Positions 45,903 through 53,637 of a DNA stretch of 54,241 nt are shown here, piece by piece. Within the stretch, counting starts at the first letter, position 1. Every line of letters begins with the position of its first letter. The notes under the pieces are model-generated. The model worked only from the letters and a program-made list of their open reading frames with translations. It was not told where the DNA came from and did not search any database. The position numbers were made by a program, and so were the translations under genes. Location: IMG/VR virus record IMGVR_UViG_3300022074_000054, positions 1 to 54,241 of that record; one strand, 5' to 3'. This stretch comes from a virus. Its lineage: Duplodnaviria; Caudoviricetes.

Positions 45903-47093
45903 ATGACTTATCAAACTAACGCCTTCGCGCATGGCATCGGAAACAGCGCAGTAAGTAGCCAATGGTTTAGCCGTCCAGACGATCAAAAGTTTTTATCGTT
46001 GGATAACATGCTGGCCTTTAAAAAGAGCGACGCCCAGCGGATGACAAGCCGCACGGTTGACACTCACAAAATCCAGATTGTTGGCGAGTTCGACGAAGCA
46101 AACCCAAGCCGCGGCGATTTGAGAATTGAATATGCCGACGATAATAACCGGGACCACGTGAACACCCCAACCAATTGGAGTTTTGGCCAATTGTCCCAAC
46201 TATCGGGAGCGCCTGCCGGATACCTTAAAGACTTGCCCGCACCATTGGCGGCGGACTGTATCCAATGGGGTTTGCGTTATAACCGTGGCCGCGAACTGGT
46301 GAAGGTATACGGAAGCCAATCCGACGGCGGCGACCTACGTGCGGCGACGGGTCCAGACTATGGCCGGATTTTTGACTGGGAAATATTAGAGCCGGTTAAG
46401 AACCTAGTGGACGCCAGCGGCGGACGCTGGAAAGTGCCGGGCATGATGACGGGAAGCCGCGACGGTTTAGCCGTTTACGATCCCGACGTGCCAGTAACAA
46501 TGGAAACGACCACGCTATTCGCCAGCGACCGCGACGTTTTCGTTTTCTTAGTTGACGACCGCAACCCTATCGAAGTCGGTAAGCTGCCGAACGGCGAACC
46601 CGATTTAATGTTCCGCGGGTTTTACGCTTGGAACAGTGAAACCGGTAGCAAGACGGCGGGCATTGCCGCGATGTATCTGCGCGGGGTTTGCATGAATCGC
46701 AACCTATGGGGCGTGGAAAACTTCCAAGAAATTAAGATTAGGCACACCAAATTCGCGCCGGATCGTTTCGCGATGGAAGCCCGTCCAGCATTGGAAAGCT
46801 TTGCGCATGGATCAACCGCGACATTTGTCGAAGGTGTTCAAGCTGCCAAAGCTGCCAAGATTGCGCACGATGATGAAAGCCGCTTAGAGTTTTTAAGCAA
46901 GCGGGCCGGATTATCTGGACGCATGGCAAAAGCTGCAAACGCCCGACACTTGAAAGAAGAAGGCCGCCCAGTCGAAACGGTATGGGATGCCGCGCAAGCT
47001 ATCACCGCAATAGCGCGAGACATTCCCCACCAAGACGCCCGCATTGAAGTCGAGCGAAAAGCCGGTGCGCTGCTGGATAAGGTGGCCGCGTAA
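45903..47093 (+). CDS. DUF932-family protein
   Basis: Start re-assigned to ATG 45903 after TACGGAGAAC; WSFGQL, ASDRDVFVFL, WNSETGS, LRGVCMNRNLWG motifs. Confidence 0.8.
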   Translation: MTYQTNAFAHGIGNSAVSSQWFSRPDDQKFLSLDNMLAFKKSDAQRMTSRTVDTHKIQIVGEFDEANPSRGDLRIEYADDNNRDHVNTPTNWSFGQLSQLSGAPAGYLKDLPAPLAADCIQWGLRYNRGRELVKVYGSQSDGGDLRAATGPDYGRIFDWEILEPVKNLVDASGGRWKVPGMMTGSRDGLAVYDPDVPVTMETTTLFASDRDVFVFLVDDRNPIEVGKLPNGEPDLMFRGFYAWNSETGSKTAGIAAMYLRGVCMNRNLWGVENFQEIKIRHTKFAPDRFAMEARPALESFAHGSTATFVEGVQAAKAAKIAHDDESRLEFLSKRAGLSGRMAKAANARHLKEEGRPVETVWDAAQAITAIARDIPHQDARIEVERKAGALLDKVAA

Positions 47094-47272
47094 TGGTGTT
47101 TTTAAATAAAAACCAGCGGGCCGCATTGGTCCGAGTTTGGAAACGCGGCGGCCACGGGGGAATGACATATCGGCAATTTCGCGCCACTGTCCAACCCGGA
47201 CCCGGCTGCGTGTTGGTGCGTTGGTCCGGCATGTGGTTAGGTATTGAACCCGACGGATACACGCACTCATAA
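47093..47272 (+). CDS. 59-aa early phage protein (not in ORF track)
   Basis: TAATG coupling; TYRQFR...WSGMWLGIEPDGYTHS. Confidence 0.75.
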   Translation: MVFLNKNQRAALVRVWKRGGHGGMTYRQFRATVQPGPGCVLVRWSGMWLGIEPDGYTHS

Positions 47273-47292
47273 CCGGCCCCGACTGCCAACCC

Positions 47293-47319
47293 AAAGCCCG
47301 CCATTGTGCGGGCTTTTTT
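47293..47319 (+). terminator. Intrinsic terminator
   Basis: AAAGCCCGC-loop-GCGGGCTTTTTT. Confidence 0.88.
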
Positions 47320-47327
47320 ATTGGGGA

Positions 47328-47357
47328 TTTACTTTTTCAAAAGTTATCGCATATAAT
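47328..47357 (+). promoter_or_regulatory. sigma70 promoter with operator-like box
   Basis: TTTACT-N18-TATAAT; ATCGCATA at 47346-47353. Confidence 0.7.
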
Positions 47358-47404
47358 CACATACGCGGGGGCAATAAAGCCGCCGCAACTACGGAGTAAA
47401 TAAA

Positions 47405-47821
47405 ATGGAAAATGTACACACTTTAAATATACGCCCGTCCGATATCTTATTGGATCGGGTTTTTAATCCAGCGCAAGATGCGGACATTGGCGGGGCAACG
47501 CCAAAGCAATTGGCGGAAGCTTGCGGGATCATTCCCGACTTCTTTTGCCAAGCTTGTATCGAAGCGGGTGACGCCCTAACGTTGGACGCCATCGCGGCTG
47601 GTATGGATAACGCCTACCAGTTCGGCGGTTTCTGTTATCCCTTCGGCGGTACTATTGACGATCACAACGGGACGTACCAAAGCGAACATGACGACGATCC
47701 AGCATTGCCACCGCTGGCGCGTTTCATCTTCGAAGGTTTCGAGTGTTTCGTTTATGAATACGGCATCGCCGCAATTCGTGACCGTGCAACCCGTGAAACT
47801 AAGATCGCGAGGTTTGATTGA
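47405..47821 (+). CDS. Early hypothetical protein
   Basis: 138 aa after CAACTACGGAG RBS; DPALPPL, VYEYGI, ARFD motifs. Confidence 0.78.
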   Translation: MENVHTLNIRPSDILLDRVFNPAQDADIGGATPKQLAEACGIIPDFFCQACIEAGDALTLDAIAAGMDNAYQFGGFCYPFGGTIDDHNGTYQSEHDDDPALPPLARFIFEGFECFVYEYGIAAIRDRATRETKIARFD

Positions 47822-47982
47822 TGGAAGCCGAAAAGAAAACCGAAACCACGCCCGCCCAGTCGCTGCTTTTCCAATTGCAGTTTATGGGCATGATGATGAT
47901 GAGCGGACGCCAAGACGAAGCCGACGCGGCTTATGTTAAGGCGCAGAAACTCGCCCAGCAATTGGTGGACGCTGGCCACTAA
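47821..47982 (+). CDS. 53-aa peptide (not in ORF track)
   Basis: GAGG RBS, TGATG coupling; MEAEKKTETTPAQSLLFQLQFMGMMMMSGRQDEADAAYVKAQKLAQQLVDAGH. Confidence 0.65.
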   Translation: MEAEKKTETTPAQSLLFQLQFMGMMMMSGRQDEADAAYVKAQKLAQQLVDAGH

Positions 47983-48003
47983 CGCCACCCCAGCGCCAAC
48001 ACT

Positions 48004-48028
48004 AAGCCCGCCCCGTGCGGGCTTTTTT
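48004..48028 (+). terminator. Intrinsic terminator (near copy of 47293-47319)
   Basis: AAGCCCGC-loop-GCGGGCTTTTTT. Confidence 0.88.
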
Positions 48029-48427
48029 ATTGCCTAGTGTTTCGCAGTTAAACAAGGCGGGCCCCGCCCCGCGCACCCTTCCCCAAACCTACGGGCCGCG
48101 ATCCCGTGGCCGTGGGCCGTGCCCCGTTGGCCGTTGGCGGCGGGCTCCGGTCCCCGATCCCTGACCCCAGCCGGTGAAAATTAAACCGCGGACGGCGCAC
48201 CGTGGCCGGTGCCAGTTATCCGGTGCCGGTTGCCTTCCATCCGCTGGCCGCTGGCCGTGATCCATCCGCCGGGATAATCGCGCAGGGTCCCCCGGCTATC
48301 GGGTCAAATGCCATGGAGCGAGAGCCAAAAACCGCGATCCGGGGCGCATGGCCCCGCGTTTACGGAGCGGAGGCTTGGGCCATGTTTCTCGCAAATATTT
48401 ATGCGTTATTTTGAATCAGAATTAACT

Positions 48428-48459
48428 GTCTTATATTTGTGCTTAAAATCGCATATAAT
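48428..48459 (+). promoter_or_regulatory. Putative terminase-operon promoter with operator-like boxes
   Basis: TATAAT at 48454-48459 overlapped by ATCGCATA (48448-48455); GTCTTATA at 48428; -35 is weak. Confidence 0.55.
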
Positions 48460-48467
48460 GCGTGGTA

Positions 48468-48483
48468 TGTTCCACGTGGAACA
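48468..48483. promoter_or_regulatory. parS: parS-like palindrome 1
   Basis: TGTTCCACGTGGAACA, a perfect 16-bp palindrome matching the bacterial chromosomal parS consensus. Confidence 0.85.
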
Positions 48484-48491
48484 TCGCAAAT

Positions 48492-48507
48492 TGTTTCACG
48501 TGAAACA
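48492..48507. promoter_or_regulatory. parS: parS palindrome 2
   Basis: TGTTTCACGTGAAACA, identical to the canonical Bacillus/Caulobacter-type parS. Confidence 0.9.
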
Positions 48508-48544
48508 TTGAAAACTGCGTATGAAAAATTAGCTAGGGACCCCT

Positions 48545-50008
48545 ATGAGTGCAGCGCAAAATACCTTGATCGAAGAGAAAAAACTGAAGCTTGAGCTTCG
48601 GCTTGCGCAGCTTGAAAAGAACGAGAAGTGCCGTGATGATTTTTTAACTTTCGTAAAAACAGTTTGGCCGGACTTCATCGCGGGTCGTCATCATAAAATC
48701 ATTGCAGAGAAGCTTGAAAGGGTGGCTAAGGGCGAATTGAAGCGTCTTATCATTAACATGGCACCTCGTCACACGAAGTCTGAGTTCGCATCCTTTTTGT
48801 TCCCGGCGTGGTTCATGGGCCGCGATCCGAAAAAGAAGATCATTCAGGCGACGCACACGACTGAGTTAGCGGTTAACTTTGGCCGTAAGACGAAGAATTT
48901 GATTGAGGCGGACGAGTTCAAGGAGATTTTTCCGGAGGTAAAGCTTGCGGCTGACAGTAAGGCGTCGGGTCGTTGGGACACGAACAAGGGTGGTATGTAC
49001 TACGCGGTTGGTGTGGGTTCTAACTTGGCGGGACGTGGTGGTGATTTGGTGATTATTGATGACCCGCATTCGGAGCAGACGGCGATGTCGAGTTCCGGGT
49101 TTGATGATGCGTGGGATTGGTACACGGGTGGTCCACGTCAGCGTTTGCAGCCGGGCGGCAGTATTGTTTTGGTTCAGACTAGGTGGTCTGAGAAGGACAT
49201 GACGGGTCAGTTATTACGTGCGATGGCCAAGGACCCGTTGGCGGATCAATGGGAAGTTGTGGAGTTGCCTGCTATTTTTGAGGATGGGACTCCGTGCTGG
49301 CCAGAATTTTGGAGTTTGGAAGATTTGACCGCGGTTAAGGCGTCGATTCCTCCGTCCAAGTGGAACGCTCAGTATCAGCAAAATCCTACGGGTGAAGAGA
49401 ATGCGATCATTCGTCGTGAGTGGTGGCGTGTTTGGGAGCCTGCGAAGATACCGCAGCTTGAGTATGTGATTCAGAGTTACGATACGGCGTTTAGTAAAAG
49501 GGAGACGGCGGATTATTCTGCGATTACGACGTGGGGTGTATTTTATCCGAACGAGGGTGGTTCGGGTCCCAACCTGATCCTATTGGACAGTAAAAAGGGA
49601 CGTTGGGATTTTCCTGAGTTAAAACAAGTTGCGCTTGAGAGTTACCAATTTTGGGAGCCTGATACGGTAATAGTGGAGGCCAAGGCTAGTGGTATGCCGT
49701 TGACCCACGAGCTACGGAACATGGGCATCCCGGTTGTAAACTTTACACCGAGTCGTGGTAACGATAAGGTGAGTCGAGTACACAGTGTGTCGCCATTGTT
49801 TGAAGCAGGGATGGTTTGGGCCCCCGATGAGACTTTTTCAGATGAATTAATTGAAGAGGTCGCGGCTTTTCCTAATGGAGAGCACGATGATTTGGTTGAT
49901 AGTATGACGCAGGCGCTTATGCGCTATAGACAAGGAAACTTTGTCCAGCTACCAACTGATGACTGGGAAGATGAAGAAAACCATGTTAAAGTGAAAATGT
50001 ATTATTAA
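48545..50008 (+). CDS. terL: Terminase large subunit
   Basis: MAPRHTKS Walker A, VIIDDP Walker B, VQTRW, YQQNP, SYDTA, HDDLVDS nuclease motifs. Confidence 0.95.
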   Translation: MSAAQNTLIEEKKLKLELRLAQLEKNEKCRDDFLTFVKTVWPDFIAGRHHKIIAEKLERVAKGELKRLIINMAPRHTKSEFASFLFPAWFMGRDPKKKIIQATHTTELAVNFGRKTKNLIEADEFKEIFPEVKLAADSKASGRWDTNKGGMYYAVGVGSNLAGRGGDLVIIDDPHSEQTAMSSSGFDDAWDWYTGGPRQRLQPGGSIVLVQTRWSEKDMTGQLLRAMAKDPLADQWEVVELPAIFEDGTPCWPEFWSLEDLTAVKASIPPSKWNAQYQQNPTGEENAIIRREWWRVWEPAKIPQLEYVIQSYDTAFSKRETADYSAITTWGVFYPNEGGSGPNLILLDSKKGRWDFPELKQVALESYQFWEPDTVIVEAKASGMPLTHELRNMGIPVVNFTPSRGNDKVSRVHSVSPLFEAGMVWAPDETFSDELIEEVAAFPNGEHDDLVDSMTQALMRYRQGNFVQLPTDDWEDEENHVKVKMYY

Positions 50009-50030
50009 CTTTTTATGGGAAGGCTCGTGA

Positions 50031-50768
50031 ATGAATAGTCCTGCGGTGAACCTTGGAGCGGGCGGATTCGTGTCCTATTATGAGGACGGCGGTGCAACTG
50101 TAGTGTTAGACGATACTACAGTCCCAGAGCAAGAACAACAGTTTGATGAGCGCGGTGTTGGCACTTTCTTTCTTGAACAGTATACGCCGTTTGCTTCGCC
50201 GCCGGAAGGCGCACAGTTTAATGCTGATAAACAATCAGAGATAAGAGCGTCGGGTAATCCGGGCTCCGCGGCCCGCGAAACATATTACGGGGACGACCCT
50301 ACTTTTTTTGAAACTCTTTCAAGCGATTACGGTTATCCGCTAGTTCAAGACCCTATCGCAGGTCCAAATCGTCATGGTCGGCCAGCCGGTCGCCAAGATT
50401 TGCCTACTCCTCAAGAACTAGCGGACGCCCGTGGACATGCCTTGGGCACCAGTATGGTGGCCGCGGACTACGGCCCAAAGACCGCTATGACGGTTGGGAA
50501 CCTTGGCGAAGACATCGGGTTTTCGGATCGTCGTCACCGTGCGCAAGACAAGCGCAATAACGCGGTGGGCATTTCTTTATTTAAACAAGCTGGAATTAAT
50601 GCTACACCACAACAACTAACACAGATGGTTGATGGTAAGATATTCCAGCAACTAGAGGCGATTATGGCCCGACCTGCGAATGAACGTAGGTTTGAGAGTG
50701 ACAAAGATGCGGATATGGACTTATATTTCCCGCGTGACTCTTATGGCTACTTTGTCTCGGATCATTAG
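50031..50768 (+). CDS. Hypothetical protein between terL and portal
   Basis: 245 aa; DARGHALG and DKRNNAVG motifs. Confidence 0.72.
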   Translation: MNSPAVNLGAGGFVSYYEDGGATVVLDDTTVPEQEQQFDERGVGTFFLEQYTPFASPPEGAQFNADKQSEIRASGNPGSAARETYYGDDPTFFETLSSDYGYPLVQDPIAGPNRHGRPAGRQDLPTPQELADARGHALGTSMVAADYGPKTAMTVGNLGEDIGFSDRRHRAQDKRNNAVGISLFKQAGINATPQQLTQMVDGKIFQQLEAIMARPANERRFESDKDADMDLYFPRDSYGYFVSDH

Positions 50769-50776
50769 GAGCGGCA

Positions 50777-53212
50777 ATGGCAAATGGTAAACCAAATGCA
50801 GGACTGATGGATGTACCATCGCAACTAGACGTGGACGATTTAACGGCTGAAGTAGAGCTTGAGTTGCCGGATAGTTCCAACGTTGTGATGGCTGACATCG
50901 AAGCAACTGACGTTGGTTCCATTGAGATCAGCCCAGAAGACGACGGCGGTGTCGTTATAGATTTTGACCCACAGGATCAGCGTGGCGTCAGCGACGATTT
51001 TTACATGAACTTGGCTGAAGAGATACCGGACAGGGAACTGGCCCGTATTTCAAGCGACTTGTTATCTGAGTTTGATGCGAACAAGGCTAGTCGGCAAGAG
51101 TGGGAAGATGCTTACACTAACGGTCTGGAGCTTTTGGGCTTTACTTATGATGAGCGCACCCAGCCTTTTCGTGGAGCCTCCGGAGTAACTCATCCGTTGC
51201 TTGCTGAAGCTGCTACGCAGTTCCAAGCACAAGCTTTTAACGAATTGTTACCTGCTTCGGGGCCCGTGCGCACCGTAGTAATGGGTAAGGACACTGTTTC
51301 CAAGACGCAGCAGGCGTCGCGTGTACAGCAGTTTATGAATTACTACATCACAAATGTGATGGAAGAATACACGCCGGACATGGATCAGATGTTGTTTTAC
51401 CTCCCACTGGCGGGTTCTACGTTTAAAAAGACGTATTATGATGAAACGCTGGGTCGTGCGGTATCTAAGTTTGTGCCTGCGGAGAACTTGGTTGTTCCGT
51501 ATGAGACCTCGGACCTCGAAACATGTCCTAATATTACGCAGGTTGTGCGCATGTCGCTCAACGATTTGCGTAAGCGCCAGATAAACGGCACGTATTTAGA
51601 CGTTGAGGTGTTGCCTGCCCAGAAAGAAATGTCTGATTTGGACGGTGAGTTAGATCGAATTGAGGGCATGGAGCCGAATCAGATTGATTATGACTGCACC
51701 ATTTTGGAATGCCACGTCGATTTGGATTTGGAAGGATACGAAGATTTAGACGACGACGGTGAACCTACGGGTATCAAGATTCCTTACGTTGTTACCATTT
51801 CCGAGGACAACGGTCAGGTGTTGTCGATCCGACGCAACTATCGTGAAGAAGACGAGTTGCGTAAAAAGATACAATACTTCACGCACTTTAAGTTTTTACC
51901 CGGATTCGGGTTTTATGGTTTAGGTTTGATTCACACCATTGGCGGTTTGTCACGAACTGCCACGGCGGCGCTGCGACAGTTGATCGACGCTGGTACGTTG
52001 TCCAACCTCCCTGCGGGTTTCAAAGCCCGCGGACTACGGATCAGGGATGACGATGACCCGTTGCAGCCCGGTGAGTTCCGAGATGTGGACGCACCCGGTG
52101 GGGCTATACGTGACAGCCTGATGCCGCTGCCATTTAAGGGTCCCGACCAAACCTTGTTTAATTTGCTTGGTTTTGTTGTGCAGGCCGGACAGCGTTTTGC
52201 AACGATCACGGACCTTAAAGTAGGCGACGGTAATCAGCAGGCTGCTGTTGGCACAACTATTGCTATGATGGAGCAGGGCACTCGTGTGATGAGTGCTGTT
52301 CACAAGCGGTTGCATTATGCGATGCGGCAGGAGTTTAGGATTCTGGCGCGTGTTATGTCCGAGAGTTTGCCGCAACGGTATCCGTATGCGGTTCCGGGTG
52401 GTGACGAGCGTGTCATGCAAAGCGACTTTGATGATCGTGTAGATGTCGTACCTGTAAGTAATCCTAATATTTTCAGCCAAGCGCAGCGTATTGTATTGGC
52501 GCAAACCAAGTTACAATTGGCTACGCAGGCACCGGAGCTTCACAACCTAGCTGAAGTTTTCCGAGACATGTACGAAGCGTTGGGCGTGACTGACATTGAC
52601 CGAATTATGAAGTCGGTCCCACAAGAAGAGCCCATGCCTATTGATCCGGCGCAAGAGAACATCAATGCGTTGGACATGTTGCAGCTACATGCTTTTGAGG
52701 GTCAGAACCATCAGGCGCATATTACAGCGCACTTGGTATTTGGTTCGTCGCCCATGGTTGGTGGTATGCCACCGGTTGCCATGTCGTTGCAGAAGCACGT
52801 TATGGAACACGTACAGATTGCGGCGAAAGAACAAGCGGCAGTTGCATATTTGCAACAGATGCAGCAAAAAGGTGGCCAGCCCGCAACAGACGATGAGATG
52901 CTAGAGATTGAGAAGTTGACGGCACAGTTTGTAGCGGAAGGGTTACAGCAAGTTAAAGAACTATCTGGTCAGTTGTCGGGAGCGGGCGCTCCTGATCCGT
53001 TGGTACAGCTTAAAGAGCAAGAGCTACAGATTAGGGCTCAAGCCGATCAGGCCGACCAAGCGATTGACCAAGCCAAGGTACAGCTTGACGCACAGAACCA
53101 GCAGACACGTGCAAGTCAGTTTGACCGCAGGTTGAGTTCGCAAGAAAGTCAAACACAGGCTCGTATTGATGCTGCGTTGCAGCGTGAGCTATTAAAGAAC
53201 CGAGGAGGTTAG
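50777..53212 (+). CDS. Portal protein (P22-like)
   Basis: 811 aa after terL; HPLLAEAATQFQA, LPLAGSTFKK, GFGFYGLG, RQLIDAGTL motifs; Gln-rich C-terminal helical barrel. Confidence 0.88.
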   Translation: MANGKPNAGLMDVPSQLDVDDLTAEVELELPDSSNVVMADIEATDVGSIEISPEDDGGVVIDFDPQDQRGVSDDFYMNLAEEIPDRELARISSDLLSEFDANKASRQEWEDAYTNGLELLGFTYDERTQPFRGASGVTHPLLAEAATQFQAQAFNELLPASGPVRTVVMGKDTVSKTQQASRVQQFMNYYITNVMEEYTPDMDQMLFYLPLAGSTFKKTYYDETLGRAVSKFVPAENLVVPYETSDLETCPNITQVVRMSLNDLRKRQINGTYLDVEVLPAQKEMSDLDGELDRIEGMEPNQIDYDCTILECHVDLDLEGYEDLDDDGEPTGIKIPYVVTISEDNGQVLSIRRNYREEDELRKKIQYFTHFKFLPGFGFYGLGLIHTIGGLSRTATAALRQLIDAGTLSNLPAGFKARGLRIRDDDDPLQPGEFRDVDAPGGAIRDSLMPLPFKGPDQTLFNLLGFVVQAGQRFATITDLKVGDGNQQAAVGTTIAMMEQGTRVMSAVHKRLHYAMRQEFRILARVMSESLPQRYPYAVPGGDERVMQSDFDDRVDVVPVSNPNIFSQAQRIVLAQTKLQLATQAPELHNLAEVFRDMYEALGVTDIDRIMKSVPQEEPMPIDPAQENINALDMLQLHAFEGQNHQAHITAHLVFGSSPMVGGMPPVAMSLQKHVMEHVQIAAKEQAAVAYLQQMQQKGGQPATDDEMLEIEKLTAQFVAEGLQQVKELSGQLSGAGAPDPLVQLKEQELQIRAQADQADQAIDQAKVQLDAQNQQTRASQFDRRLSSQESQTQARIDAALQRELLKNRGG

Positions 53213-53213
53213 A

Positions 53214-53432
53214 ATGAAATCAGTTGTTAAGGTCAACGGTTCCGCACCAAAAGACGGACCAAAGCCAGTCGAGTATGCACAGATTGATAAGCAGGGTCGT
53301 ATTCCATACGGCAAGACTGCTGATGCGCCGTATTCAGATATGCGTATGGAAGATGGCAAAGCGCCGGGTTCCAAGCTAACTGCACGTGGCATGGGTGCTG
53401 CAAAGCGCGGCGGTAGTTACATAGGTTGCTGA
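53214..53432 (+). CDS. Small basic hypothetical protein
   Basis: GAGGAGG RBS; [11 protein letters not shown]. Confidence 0.72.
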   Translation: MKSVVKVNGSAPKDGPKPVEYAQIDKQGRIPYGKTADAPYSDMRMEDGKAPGSKLTARGMGAAKRGGSYIGC

Positions 53433-53433
53433 G

Positions 53434-53637
53434 ATGCCGTTAAAGAAGGGTAGTAGCAACAAAACGAAGAGCCAGAACATCAAGAAATTGATGGACGAGG
53501 GCTATGAGCAAAATCAAGCAGTTGCTATTGCTTTGTCTAAGGCTGGGGAAACGCCTGCCAAGCGTATGGCACGTGGCGGAATGGTTAAGGGGTTTAGCCC
53601 CATTGCACGGCCACAACGTTTTCAAGGAGTTTTCTGA
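53434..53637 (+). CDS. Small basic hypothetical protein
   Basis: MPLKKGSS and [11 protein letters not shown] motifs. Confidence 0.75.
   Translation: MPLKKGSSNKTKSQNIKKLMDEGYEQNQAVAIALSKAGETPAKRMARGGMVKGFSPIARPQRFQGVF

Noticed and set aside
48202-48511. Short ORFs 48202-48414 and 48308-48511
   Set aside because: No clear RBS; they run through the GC-rich block, promoter and parS palindromes, so they are likely spurious
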